Positions 15,001 to 28,762 of a stretch of DNA of 64,000 nucleotides are shown piece by piece. The notes under the pieces are model-generated. The model saw only the letters and a program-made list of their open reading frames with translations, did no database searches and was not told the DNA's origin. A program made the translations under genes and the position numbers. Source of the stretch: Auanema rhodensis (taxonomy: Eukaryota > Animalia > Nematoda); assembly GCA_964057225.1 (NCBI GenBank), contig OZ059899.1:4712001-4776000 (forward strand). Direction: 5' to 3'. Each line of letters begins with the position of its first letter. Positions within the stretch are counted from its first letter, which is position 1.

Positions 15001-18000
15001 GAATATAAGTGTGAACTTATATCAGTTGATATCTCGGTGCATTTTTAAGCTAGCGCAAATCTGATAACACAGATCGACGCAGCTTAAAAATCCGCATCGA
15101 ATGCACTATACTACATTGAGAAACGCTTAATACAAAAATTAGTTATGATCGTTTGAAAAATGATGCATTAGTGTATGTTGAGTTTCCATGTACACTCAAC
15201 ATTGCTTCCAAAAACATTTTGACAAAATTGTTTTCGGAAAATTTCAAAATAATTTAGCAAAAAGTAGATGTTTTTAGATTCCTTTTTTCAAGGCAAAGAC
15301 GATGGACAATGTTATTCAACGAAAAAATTGATTCTTCAGGGTGAAAATCGAGAATATAAGTGTGAACTTATATCAGTTGATATCTCGGTGAATTTTTAAG
15401 CTAGCGCAAATCTGATAACACAGATCGACGCAGCTTAAAAATCCGCATCGAATGCACTATACTACATTGAGAAACGCTTAATACAAAAATTAGTTATGAT
15501 CGTTTGAAAAATGATGCATTAGTGTATGTTGAGTTTCCATGTACACTCAACATTGCTTCCAAAAACATTTTGACAAAAATTTTTTCGAAAAATTTCAAAA
15601 TAATTTAGCAAAAAGTAGATGTTTTTAGATTCCTTTTTTCAAGGCAAAGACGATGGACAATGTTATTCAACGAAAAAATTAATTCTTCAGGGTGAAAATC
15701 GAGGATATAAGTGTGAACTTATATCAGTTGATATCTCGGTGCATTTTTAAGCTAGCGCAAATCTGATAACACGGATCGACGCAGCTTAAAAATCCGCATC
15801 GAATGCACTATACTACATTGAGAAACGCTTAATACAAAAATTAGTTATGATCGTTTGAAAAATGATGCATTAGTGTATGTTGAGTTTCCATGTACACTCA
15901 ACATTGCTTCCAAAAACATTTTGACAAAATTGTTTTCGGAAAATTTCAAAATAATTTAGCAAAAAGTAGATGTTTTTAGATTCCTTTTTTCAAGGCAAAG
16001 ACGATGGACAATGTTATTCAACGAAAAAATTGATTCTTCAGGGTGAAAATCGAGAATATAAGTGTGAACTTATATCAGTTGATATCTCGGTGAATTTTTA
16101 AGCTAGCGCAAATCTGATAACACAGATCGACGCAGCTTAAAAATCCGCATCGAATGCACTATACTACATTGAGAAACGCTTAATACAAAAATTAGTTATG
16201 ATCGTTTGAAAAATGATGCATTAGTGTATGTTGAGTTTCCATGTACACTCAACATTGCTTCCAAAAACATTTTGACAAAAATTTTTTCGAAAAATTTCAA
16301 AATAATTTAGCAAAAAGTAGATGTTTTTAGATTCCTTTTTTCAAGGCAAAGACGATGGACAATGTTATTCAACGAAAAAATTAATTCTTCAGGGTGAAAA
16401 TCGAGAATATAAGTGTGAACTTATATCAGTTGATATCTCGGTGAATTTTTAAGCTAGCGCAAATCTGATAACACAGATCGACGCAGCTTAAAAATCCGCA
16501 TCGAATGCACTATACTACATTGAGAAACGCTTAATACAAAAATTAGTTATGATCGTTTGAAAAATGATGCATTAGTGTATGTTGAGTTTCCATGTACACT
16601 CAACATTGCTTCCAAAAACATTTTGACAAAAATTTTTTCGAAAAATTTCAAAATAATTTAGCAAAAAGTAGATGTTTTTAGATTCCTTTTTTCAAGGCAA
16701 AGACGATGGACAATGTTATTCAACGAAAAAATTAATTCTTCAGGGTGAAAATCGAGGATATAAGTGTGAACTTATATCAGTTGATATCTCGGTGCATTTT
16801 TAAGCTAGCGCAAATCTGATAACAGAGATCGACGCAGCTTAAAAATCCGCATCGAATGCACTATACTACATTGAGAAACGCTTAATACAAAAATCAGTTA
16901 TGATCGTTTGAAAAATGATGCATTAGTGTATGTTGAGTTTCCATGTACACTCAACATTGCTTCCAAAAACATTTTGACAAAAATTTTTTCGAAAAATTTC
17001 AAAATAATTTAGCAAAAAGTAGATGTTTTTAGATTTCTGTTTTTAAGGCAAAGACGATGGACAATGTTATTCAACGAAAAAATTAATTCTTCAGGGTGAA
17101 AATCGAGGATATAAGTGTAAACTTATATCAGTTGATATCTCGGTGCATTTTCAAGCTAGCGCAAATCTGATAACAGAGATCGACGCAGCTTAAAAATCCG
17201 CATCGAATGCACTATACTACATTGAGAAACGCTTAATACAAAAATTAGTTATGATCGTTTGAAAAATGATGCATTAGTGTATGTTGAGTTTCCATGTACA
17301 CTCAACATTGCTTCCAAAAACATTTTGACAAAATTGTTTTCGGAAAATTTCAAAATAATTTAGCAAAAAGTAGATGTTTTTAGATTCCTTTTTTCAAGGC
17401 AAAGACGATGGACAATGTTATTCAACGAAAAAATTGATTCTTCAGGGTGAAAATCGAGAATATAAGTGTGAACTTATATCAGTTGATATCTCGGTGAATT
17501 TTTAAGCTAGCGCAAATCTGATAACACAGATCGACGCAGCTTAAAAATCCGCATCGAATGCACTATACTACATTGAGAAACGCTTAATACAAAAATTAGT
17601 TATGATCGTTTGAAAAATGATGCATTAGTGTATGTTGAGTTTCCATGTACACTCAACATTGCTTCCAAAAACATTTTGACAAAAATTTTTTCGAAAAATT
17701 TCAAAATAATTTAGCAAAAAGTAGATGTTTTTAGATTCCTTTTTTCAAGGCAAAGACGATGGACAATGTTATTCAACGAAAAAATTAATTCTTCAGGGTG
17801 AAAATCGAGAATATAAGTGTGAACTTATATCAGTTGATATCTCGGTGAATTTTTAAGCTAGCGCAAATCTGATAACACAGATCGACGCAGCTTAAAAATC
17901 CGCATCGAATGCACTATACTACATTGAGAAACGCTTAATACAAAAATTAGTTATGATCGTTTGAAAAATGATGCATTAGTGTATGTTGAGTTTCCATGTA

Positions 18001-19261
18001 CACTCAACATTGCTTCCAAAAACATTTTGACAAAAATTTTTTCGAAAAATTTCAAAATAATTTAGCAAAAAGTAGATGTTTTTAGATTCCTTTTTTCAAG
18101 GCAAAGACGATGGACAATGTTATTCAACGAAAAAATTAATTCTTCAGGGTGAAAATCGAGGATATAAGTGTGAACTTATATCAGTTGATATCTCGGTGCA
18201 TTTTTAAGCTAGCGCAAATCTGATAACAGAGATCGACGCAGCTTAAAAATCCGCATCGAATGCACTATACTACATTGAGAAACGCTTAATACAAAAATCA
18301 GTTATGATCGTTTGAAAAATGATGCATTAGTGTATGTTGAGTTTCCATGTACACTCAACATTGCTTCCAAAAACATTTTGACAAAAATTTTTTCGAAAAA
18401 TTTCAAAATAATTTAGCAAAAAGTAGATGTTTTTAGATTCCTTTTTTCAAGGCAAAGACGATGGACAATGTTATTCAACGAAAAAATTAATTCTTCAGGG
18501 TGAAAATCGAGGATATAAGTGTGAACTTATATCAGTTGATATCTCGGTGCATTTTTAAGCTAGCGCAAATCTGATAACACGGATCGACGCAGCTTAAAAA
18601 TCCGCATCGAATGCACTATACTACATTGAGAAACGCTTAATACAAAAATCAGTTATGATCGTTTGAAAAATGATGCATTAGTGTATGTTGAGTTTCCATG
18701 TACACTCAACATTGCTTCCAAAAACATTTTGACAAAAATTTTTTCGAAAAATTTCAAAATAATTTAGCAAAAAGTAGATGTTTTTAGATTCCTTTTTTCA
18801 AGGCAAAGACGATGGACAATGTTATTCAACGAAAAAATTAATTCTTCAGGGTGAAAATCGAGGATATAAGTGTGAACTTATATCAGTTGATATCTCGGTG
18901 CATTTTTAAGCTAGCGCAAATCTGATAACACAGATCGACGCAGCTTAAAAATCCGCATCGAATGCACTATACTACATTGAGAAACGCTTAATACAAAAAT
19001 CAGTTATGATCGTTTGAAAAATGATGCATTAGTGTATGTTGAGTTTCCATGTACACTCAACATTGCTTCCAAAAACATTTTGACAAAAATTTTTTCGAAA
19101 AATTTCAAAATAATTTAGCAAAAAGTAGATGTTTTTAGATTCCTTTTTTCAAGGCAAAGACGATGGACAATGTTATTCAACGAAAAAATTAATTCTTCAG
19201 GGTGAAAATCGAGGATATAAGTGTGAACTTATATCAGTTGATATCTCGGTGCATTTTTAAG
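1..19261. repeat. 351-bp tandem satellite array, ~55 units, runs off the window start
   Basis: TGAGTTTCCATGTACACTC recurs at 1, 352 and onward with a 351-bp period; units differ by a few substitutions; two units carry a 42-bp insertion; the array stops at ...GCATTTTTAAG (19261). Confidence 0.99.
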
Positions 19262-19351
19262 AAATTTTTGAGAAAGAAAAATAAAAAAGAAAGAAACATT
19301 TTTAAGAACAAAAATTTTCCCGAAAAATCTCGAAATAATTTTATAATATAA
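19262..19351. other. 90-bp junction between satellite array and palindrome arm; A-rich filler plus a degenerate satellite fragment
   Basis: AAACATTTTTAAGAACAAAAATTTTCCCGAAAAATCTCGAAATAATTT resembles satellite AAAACATTTTGACAAAAATTTTTTCGAAAAATTTCAAAATAATTT; no counterpart beyond the right arm. Confidence 0.7.
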
Positions 19352-20766
19352 TCCTGTGCCTGGCGCTCCTGATGATACAGTCAACGAGAAGAAAACTGAA
19401 GAGCTTCAGTCAGTGAAAGTTGATCCAAAGGTTCAAACTTCATTGAAAATAAATGCAATAACTTATACAAATTTTTTAGGTTTTCACAGTACTTCAGCCA
19501 GTTTACCAACCCCCTACTGCTATTCCAGTAAAGCAATACAACGTATGCTAGTCTTGACGACATTTTTACACATTTTTTCTTCTTCAGCCGTTCACATCAT
19601 TTTGCCGAATTCTTCTTTATGCTTTGCTTTTTGTAACCGTGACTGGTATTACTCTATATTTGGCTCATGGAATTTACCGGCGAGAATACATTCTGGTATG
19701 TATCATTGAAAAGTTTGAAGACCCGTGTCATTATTATCGAAAGAGATAGAATTGAGAAATAAATTTAATTTTCGTATTCTTACAGAAACAGCAATCCGAT
19801 TTGGTATCTGAGCTCCAGAAGAACCAAAAGATAACGCTCCAAGCTGAAAAGCAAGTTGGCGCAAATGTAACAATTTGTTCTAAAAAAATTCCTAATTTAA
19901 GGCACATTTTCAGACAAACTTAAATATTCAACAACCCAATCAACAAGTAATTGATGGAGCAGTCAATCACAGATTTAGCTTTGACGTATGTATGTAGTGA
20001 TAAATCTATATGTAAGAATTTTCTAACAGGGCTCTGAAAGGAATAACAAAGCTCCAAATCCATGGGATCTCATTGAGGCTCGCAACATTGAATATACACA
20101 GGTTATCATTTTCATTTCTATGTAAATAACTGAATACACATAATAAAAGTATACAAATAATAATTTATGACCAAAAATTATTTTCCAATCTGGTCGAACT
20201 AGACGATTGTTTTAGTATTTATCTTTTTTTTTTATTTTACTTAACAAAAATTATTAAACGATCAATAATAAGAAAATTAATACGTTGAAAAAAAGTAAAA
20301 TTCTTTTACTCTAATTGTATTTTGATATTTGTCAGAATCAACGCATGCTTCGTTATCGCCGTATCCAACAATTAGCAATGATGGAACAACAAGAACAAAT
20401 GGCTCGTGTTGCCTGGGCTCAACAAATGGAAGCACGTGCTCAATGGGAGGCTGCTCGAATGGCCCGTGCTCAATGGGAGCAAGCACAAATGGCCCGCGCT
20501 CAGTGGGAGCAAGGTCATCAAATCAGAGCTCAATGGGCTCAATATCAGGCTGCGCAACAACCGCAAGATATGCAACCAGATTTTTCATCTTGGCATCAGG
20601 TAAAAGCCTTGTAAGATCAAAACTTAAATAATAACTCAATTTCAGCAAATACGCGCCGATAATGAAGTTCGCGCTGCTGCTTTAGCTAACGCTCAACGCG
20701 AGCAATATGCTCAATGGGTTCAACAGCAACAAATGGAGCACTACAATCGCCAACAAACTTGGATTC

Positions 20767-20816
<50 letters not shown>

Positions 20817-22978
20817 GTCCAAGAACAGCAATTCCCACAGCCTCAAATTCGTGTAAGTATTCGACAAAAATTTATCAAATTTTAGATAAGTGAATGAAAA
20901 ATGAGAAATATTCGATTTCCTTAAAAAAATTCTTTTTTTAGCCGTTCATGATTGTTCGTACCTTCTCAAGAATTGTTCCAACTCATGAAAACAATGTGAG
21001 TCTTAATTTAAAAAATTCATTTTCGTTTTACTGATACGTTTCAAGCTTAATAGGTTCGGTTTTTTTAAGATCCCTCTTAGACCCCATGATGCTTCTCCTC
21101 AAGAGATTCTTAACAATATGAATGAACTTCCTCAACCAGCTATACAAGACCGAATCTATCAGGAAATGCAGAAAAAATCTCAAAAAATGGAATTCAATGC
21201 TCCATCTAGACCGATTTGTACGTGTTTTTCTACATTTTGTGCCTAAAGTGGATTTCAATTCAGGGACTGCTATAACTCCCACTCCAGAAACTCCATCTGT
21301 GAACTCTGATGAAATTTTTCAAGCCAACTTGAAGAGTGCCATGGAAATGGAAAGCGTAAACAGACCTTTTTTTTATAAATTCTGATGATAATCAGTTCTA
21401 GACTACTACTATTTCACCACCGTCTAACGCTGATAGTTCTGAAGATAAGGTTTGTAATCAAGTTCACTACTCTTTCAATCCAATTTTGTCTCAGAATGAA
21501 GACAATATCTTCCGAGATATTTTCAATGCTATGGCTGTTGTAGTTCAACAAGAGAATCAAAAAGCTAAGCAAGAAAATATTTTCCAAGAAGTTGAACAAA
21601 TGCAGGTAAAAATTCTATCTGAATTGATTTATCATTAATGCATTTATTGATTTCACAGAAGCAGCAGGAAGTTGAAGAAGAGCAGAAGAATGGAGAAAAC
21701 ATTTTCCAGACCGTTGACAGAATCCAGGTATAGTGAATATATTAGATTTTTGCCTTTGCTTGTTTAACCAACATTCCTATTCAGAAAGAGCAAGAATCAC
21801 AACAAGAGAAAGAAAATGGAGAGAATATATTTGAAGAAGTGAATCGTATTTCAGAGAAAACAGTATTATTATGAACAAATGTTTATTGTATTAACTCTTA
21901 TTTCACAGAACGTTCGACCAGTAGTAGAAGAAACAACTACCGAAAATATTTTTCAAGAAGTATCTCGCCTTTCTGACAAAGTAGGAAGTCTTTCTTAAAA
22001 ATTAACATTAGTATTAGTTTTAGAACCAGCCAAACGTTGATAATGAATTTGAAAAAAACAACAAAGAAAGTAAAAAAACAGGATCAAACATTTTTGAACA
22101 AATCACTCAGCTTGCGGACGCTATGGTTCTTATTATATTATACGTTCCAGGTTTATATAGCTGTTTAATTTTAGATGCCAAGAGTTGAACCGGAGAAGCC
22201 AATTCCAAATGATGACGATATATTCAAAATTGTGGAAAACACTTCAAAGGATCAAGGAGATGATAACGATGATAGAAAAGAAATTGTAAGATTTATTTCA
22301 CCGATTATTAATTAGTTAAATTAAGAAAAAACTTCAATTTTTTTTACAGCTTGAAGTTACACCTGAGCCAGTAGTAGTTGAAGATTCCTTTCCAAAAATT
22401 GAAGAAAGAACAACTACATCCGAAACCCCAAACGTAAATTTATTTTATTAACATTATCATAATCAATTGAAATTATAAAAAAACTTTGAACAAGTTAAAG
22501 ATTTTTGATCTCCCACTCAAATATATTTTTTAGGATAGTACTTCAGAGGAGCACGACCCACTGGCTGCTTTTGTAAAGTAAGAGTTTATTGACTTTAATT
22601 ATTTTCCTAATATTGTCATGATTTCATGACATAATTCAAAAAAATTCCTAGAATATAGTTTTGAAGTAATCAAAGAAAAATGAAGCATTACAAAGAAATA
22701 ATTAATCTTAAACTTCATCGCATCTTGTTTTTCATCTCGCTGAGATATAAAGGCAGGAGACTAGTTAACTATGAAATGAAAAGATTTTTTTTTATTTTAA
22801 AGTAAGACTAAAAAATTAAAACTGAAAAAAGATAAAACATGAAACATAAAACGGCTCATAAAAATATTTTTGTAGCATCGAAGATTTCGAGAGAAAGGCA
22901 CTAGAAGTTGTTAATGCCATGAAGTCTAATATGGAAAAAGAACAACCATCTCCAGTGGCTCAAATAAAAACGGCATAA
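19352..22978 (+). pseudogene. 5'-truncated duplicate of the secreted Gln-rich protein gene (no ATG or signal peptide)
   Basis: Mirror of 34333-37971; the arm begins at codons VPGAPDD and the upstream MKILIIFYLILCF... coding sequence is replaced by junction/satellite DNA. Confidence 0.75.
20766..20816 (+). repeat. (CAA)17 coding microsatellite (polyQ); mirror copy 36495-36557 has 21 units
   Basis: Direct count. Confidence 0.9.
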
Positions 22979-23018
22979 GTTTTCACTGTCTATCCTTTCT
23001 TCACAAATTAATTACTAT

Positions 23019-23024
23019 TCTCTC

Positions 23025-23093
<69 letters not shown>
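23019..23093. repeat. Compound (CT)n(TA)n microsatellite between convergent 3' ends; mirror at ~34206-34292 is 12 bp longer
   Basis: Direct reading. Confidence 0.9.
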
Positions 23094-23097
<4 letters not shown>

Positions 23098-23329
23098 GCT
23101 TTTTTATTGTACCTTCTTCCTTTCCCTCTAACTCTAGTGTTATATATATATATATATTATATCATCTGCTTTTTGAATCTTTAGTTGTATTCTACTGCTT
23201 TGCTAGCAGTCTTGTAAATAAAAATTTATACTACAACAAAATGTTTTACAAAGTTGGAGAAGTAGATATAAAACACGATTGGTTTCGTATTTTTAAATTT
23301 CGATTCACGGTAAAGTCAATCGTCCATTT

Positions 23330-25142
23330 TTATTTGTTTACAGTAAAAACAATTCGTCCATTTTTAACAACTTGTTTAATAATACTGTTCTGTCCAGCCA
23401 TTCTGAATGATTTAAAATTTTTCATACAAACCATTCTTTTCGTTATATAATCGAACCTGTAAATTATATGTTCCCATGACGGAGCATTCAAAACAACGAA
23501 ATCGGCATTTCGTCCAACACTAATAGCTCCTAAAATGAATGGGGGAGGCGGTACGACAATAGTAAAAGAAAACAATTACCATGTGTTTTTCCTCTACCAA
23601 TAGAATGAGCTGAATTCAAGGTTGCGGCAACTAATGCTTCATTCATAGATAAATGCATAGTGATACAAGCTAAAACAAGTACTATGAACTTTATGCAAAT
23701 ATGGTCTCTAACCCAAATGCATAATCATTGGCATGGAATAGCAGAATGCGTTTGGATTGAAGTCGGAACCAAGAGCTATAATCACATCTGTAAATAATTT
23801 GTTTTCAGTGGAGTATGTTTTCAAAAATTAAACTGTTTTCAATCATTTTACGCGCAGGAGGGGGGTTTAGACGTAGTATAAAGGCAGTGGACGGCAATAA
23901 AATAGCCACTGTTCCTGATGATGCCATAAGTGATATTCCAGTTTCCGATATCTCCTCCAGATGAGACATTGCACGAGCCTTCATGGAAAAATTCTTCGAA
24001 ATGAAAACCTCAGCTTACCCCAATACTTGAGCCCATTTCGACACCTCCTATATAAGTAAGCTCTTCAGCGTGAAAATTTGCTGCCAGTCCTATTTTTTTG
24101 CCAGCTTTCAGAATTCGTCGACTAAATATATAGTTTAACTAAAGTTAATCAACCAATTCCAAATACGCTGTCTCCACTTCAAAAACTCCCTTTTCACAAA
24201 AGACATCAATGTTTTCTAAGTTTTTGAATCCTCCTATTTTTTTCTCTCGTTCTATTTCAGGAATTATTTCGGTACAAATCATCTCAGTTTGAGTCAATTC
24301 GTCAGTATCCTAAAAGATCAAATTAGCTATGCATGCAGAGTTTACAACCTTCGGAACAGCATGCGCACCACAAAATGTTGCTGAAACTTCTAATGGGACA
24401 GTATTACACGCTCGACTTAAAACTCGCAACATCTCAAATTTTATAATAAAGTTTTTTATTATCAATCAGCTCATTCACTTTCAACTCTGATTCTTTATCC
24501 AAACCGTAACCGCTTTTAGCTTCGAGTGTTGTTGTGCCATCTTTGACCATCATTCCCGCGACCTGCTCCATAAAAATAATGTGGATTGAGGTGTTTTTAT
24601 ACCTCAACAAAAGATAGTAGTAGCTCTTCTTCGCTTGCAGCCCTAGTTCTTGATGTTGTGAAATGAATTCCACCGCCTGCTGCTTGAACCTTTGCCGACA
24701 ATATTAAAAGATTTCTAAATTATTTCAATTTTCTTACTTCCATGTAAGTGGCGCCAGCTAATTTCATCGCAAATTCGTGAACACGATCTCCAGCAAAGAC
24801 GGGATGTGAGTGAGCATCCACAAAGCCGGGAATTAAAATTCCTCCATGTGATTCTACAATATTCTCTACTTGTTTCTCATCAATGGAATTCACTATGCTA
24901 GAGAGATCCCCGACAGCAGATATTTTGCCATTTGCATCAACTAAGACTGCTAAGTTGCACGATGCGTCTTCCAATATCTTTAAAATTCATCTATTCTTAT
25001 CTTTATAAAAGTAGAAGCACATGGTGGTAGTACCAACCTTTATGTTGTTCATATTTTCTTTTCCATGAAGAAACTCAACATTATGATCGTCTGTAATCTG
25101 GATGATTTGCTTCAATCCTTTGATAAGAAGTAGTGAAGACAT
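23330..25142 (-). CDS. amdh-1: Imidazolonepropionase (AMDHD1/HutI amidohydrolase), left-arm copy
   Basis: IPGFVDAHSHPVFAGDRVHEFAMKLAGATYMEV, GTTTLEAKSGYGL, DVFCEKGVF, ALGSDFNPNA motifs; mirror of 32157-33969. Confidence 0.92.
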
Positions 25143-25560
25143 GTAACCTGAAAATAATTTTCAAATATTATTGAAAATAAGAGAAAAATCATGTGATAGA
25201 TTGCATAGTAGACAAATGGTGTCAATCAACCAAATGGAAGACCGGCAAACTGTATGCTATTCTTTTATAGGATCGACAACCTGTTTCAACTCATAAAAAC
25301 AGAAAAATTGCTTTCATCATTCTTCACATTAAGGGAGAAAAGGATTCTGATCCTCTTAAACCAGGATGGTTTTTTGTAATTTCCATCTACAGAATTAAAC
25401 AATCACATATCCGATGAAAAGCAAAATTTCCTAATAAAAATCCATGTGTTTGCTATTATACATAAAACAAAATATTTTATTTTCATTAAAAACTAGCGTG
25501 ATACAATATTATCACTTAAAATGATCGAATCAGATTTAAAACTTTTTTTTATTCATTATT

Positions 25561-28119
25561 TTATGCATTTTTTTCGTTCAAAACTTGAGAAAAATTAGAT
25601 GAATCATAGTCGTCACCCATTTGGGTGTCATCATTGAAAACACCATAAATTAATTTTTTTAATTCAAGTAGATCGTTTGAAACAATTTCCTCAAACCGTT
25701 CGAGATGAACTTTTCCCAGAGACTGAAAATAAATATTTCAAAATTTTTAAAAAATGTTTTAAAAAATACGTCTGTAATTTCCGGAACCGGCATTTGCTTC
25801 AGTTTTGAACGGACCTCACTTACTCGCGCCTTAATGCATAGTTCATGTAAATAAAAGTAAGACTTACACACCGAAATACATGCTTCGAATTCTTTATTGG
25901 TCTTTGCAGCTGTTGAATCTTCTTCTGCATATGCTTCTAGTGCAGAGCCAATAGCACCATGAGTGAGCACTGTCAAACGATCATCCCAGGCCATATCTTC
26001 AAAGTATGATGATATCTATAACAAAAACAATACAGATAGCGATAGAAATTAGCATGATTTCATGCTTGAATCTCACAACTTGTTCCACATTAGCAGCACT
26101 TACGGCCGCTGTTGGTTGATTAGCTTGATGTTGCTTCCCATTCCGACAATCTTTTTTCTTTTTATCTCCTATCTAACAAACAAATTGATGAAAACAAAAA
26201 ACTACTCGCTTACTCGCTTAGTAACAATCATATCAAGTGCATTTGCAACCTGATCATCGAATTTCGCTCCTACACGACGCACATTTATAGGCTGAAATAA
26301 ATATATAACATTTTAAAAATATATAATATTTACTTGCATATCAGCCCATGCTCCAGCATAAATAACTTTCAGCCGAATCAAAGGTAGTTTCGGCTGTCTT
26401 GGACCTCGAGCTAGATTGGCTCGTTTTATCATTTCTTCAACTTTTTGCTTTATGACAACTTCATCCTTTAACAGTTTTCATAAAAACTAAAACTGAAAAC
26501 ATCGATTACCAAAAAAGGAGGCCCATTTGGCCTAACACCCCCTGAAGGAATTCGCACATTTTTTGGTAGGTCATCCAAAATAATTTCATCGCATATAATC
26601 TTAATCAAATTGCCATAATGAGAATATGAGAAATACCTGACGAGTAGTTTGTAAAGGAATCGGCTTGCACTGGAATTTCCTTCCCCGAATTTTGATCAAA
26701 AAAACATTTTTTTCAAGGGCCTCCTCTTTCGTAAGAGACGTAGCAATGGTGGAGCCAGGTTGAAGAACGAAAAAGCCATCACCCATAGCATCAGAAGAAG
26801 AAATATATTGACACTCTAAATATGATAATATGCAGACAAATAAATAAAACTTCTGAGAACTACCCTTCTTACACTCATGTTCATGACCCCAAATTACTAA
26901 ATCGAAAAACGATGGAATGTATTGTTCAGGTAAATAAGCTCCTGTTGACCTGGTAGTGGATCTTAATAAATCACATATAGATAAAAGTGGAGTATCAAAG
27001 TAACAAAAAACCGTTTAGGTCGATTTTGGTGCAAAACAAAAAGGTTAAACCAATCTTCGGCTCCTGCTTGCGGTCTCAGGAATTTAATAGATTCATCTAA
27101 GTTCAAGTTATATGCTTCGAAAAAAAAAAATTTACTTTGAAATGCTCTACATAAGCGATCATCACGCTGGCTTCCCAATCCAAATAGAGCCAATCTCGTT
27201 TCACCTTTACGTAAGAGAATAGGAGAAATCTAGTACTCAGAAAAATTTAAATACATATACATTGCATTGGTTACCTCGAAAGTATCGATATCTTCATGTT
27301 TTCCAAACAAGTTCACTAAACCAGCTTCGTGAAGGAGATCAAGAGCAGTTAAACCCTTGAAGACTACATTAGAGCAGAAAACCACAAGTAATACCTTGCC
27401 TGCCATGTCATCATGGTTACCATGTATAGTAAATATAGGTAAGCCAACATTTATATTACAGTCCTAAATAAGATCATTACAATATAAGTGTTATTATTAA
27501 ATGGATACTTCATAATTTACTCGATCAAACCGACTTTGATTGAAATTCACAGAAGCATCGGACAAAAACTCAAGAGCAACCTGTTAGATTAGAAATGCTG
27601 AAACAATATAATATTCCAATGAGACATACTTCTCGATCATTAAGACAATATTGGCGTAAAAGTTGAACGACCCTATGCTGCATGTCTCTTGTTGGTTGGT
27701 TTTCATGAAATAAATCTCCACCTATAATTAGTCTGAGCAAAAAAAACTGCAAACATAATTACCTAGTAATACCATGTCAACATTTTTATCAACAGCAATT
27801 TGCAGAACTTCTTCGAGCGAATTGATAGAATCCAAATATCTAAACTCAACAATGAAATATATCCAACCTATATGATCACCTATTCGGTTTATTTTCTGCA
27901 TAGCCGACATGAATATCTGTGGCAACCAATATTTTTATATCATCCGTATCACCCTTGCCCGTAAGTGCTAACTCATTTACCTAAAATAATTAACTAAATT
28001 AACCGTCCGTATTCACTCACAAGTGATTCATTCAATGGAATATTATGTAGAATAGAACTGTCCACGTTGTCAATAACTGATTTGTCCAATTCTATATCGG
28101 ATTCATCTTCCCCACACAT
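25561..28119 (-). CDS. mre-11: MRE11 double-strand-break repair nuclease, left-arm copy
   Basis: Mirror of 29180-31738; no difference seen between the mirror ORF translations. Confidence 0.92.
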
Positions 28120-28331
28120 TATTTCCACTTAAATATTAAAATTAAACAAATGCATGTCTAACAGTGACACACACAATCTGACAAAACTAAGAAAAAATAC
28201 GTAATATATATCGTAAATAGTTACTATCACGTCTAATCATAAAATTTTTTTTTAAATTGAATAAAAATATGAACGGATTTTATGTTCATTTTTAGGCTTT
28301 TAGTGTTTAGTCAGTTCTATTCTAGAATTTG

Positions 28332-28367
28332 TTTTTATATCTGTTTAGGCTCAGCCGATAATAAAAA
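28332..28367 (+). other. Candidate chromosome-break/telomere-addition motif TTTAGGC-TCA-GCC in AT-rich dyad flanks (left copy)
   Basis: TTTTTATATCTGTTTAGGCTCAGCCGATAATAAAAA; nematode telomere hexamer TTAGGC at 28345-28350; function inferred, not shown. Confidence 0.45.
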
Positions 28368-28593
28368 TGTTGTTCATCCAATAAAAAAACTACAAAGATA
28401 AAATTAACACTAAAATCCTTGCCAAACATACCTTTCAAAATCATCAAAACCTGCATTATAACGTTGAACAAACCACTCTCTTATAATATAAAAGGTTTTT
28501 TTTTCACTTTTTTCCAATATGATTATGCTAAAAAGCAATTTCACCCTAAAGAATGTATTTTTTCGTCTAATAACATTGTCCATCGTTTTTGTC

Positions 28594-28762
28594 TTGAAGA
28601 CAGATCGACGCAGCTTGAAAAAACGCATCAGATGCACTTAACGACATCAAGAAAAAGATAAGTTATAATCGTTTGAAAAATGATGTATTAGTGTATGTTG
28701 AGTTTGACAAAAACGATGAACAATGTTATTAGACGAAAAAATACATTCTTTAGGGTGAAATT
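28594..28762 (+). repeat. Degenerate, internally deleted copy of the 351-bp satellite forming the palindrome spacer (28594-28705) and the innermost part of the arms
   Basis: ACAGATCGACGCAGCTTGAAAAAACGCATC...GTTTGAAAAATGATGTATTAGTGTATGTTGAGTTT, then GACAAAAACGATGAACAATGTTATTAGACGAAAAAATACATTCTTTAGGGTGAAA, align to two segments of the satellite unit. Confidence 0.9.

Larger units (their letters stand above)
19352..28593. repeat. Left arm of an ~18.6-kb inverted duplication (palindrome)
   Basis: Reverse complement of 28706-37971; mirror ORFs throughout the ORF track (coordinate sums 57299/57311/57323, shifted by two 12-bp microsatellite length differences). Confidence 0.98.

Noticed and set aside
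1-19261. CRISPR array or coding repeat (ORF 1028-1219)
   Set aside because: Head-to-tail units without unique spacers; the ORF exists only because one unit has a TAG>CAG change
20277-20867. Cys/Ser-rich and poly-Leu ORFs (and mirrors at 36418-37046)
   Set aside because: Alternative frames or antisense of the Gln-rich exons
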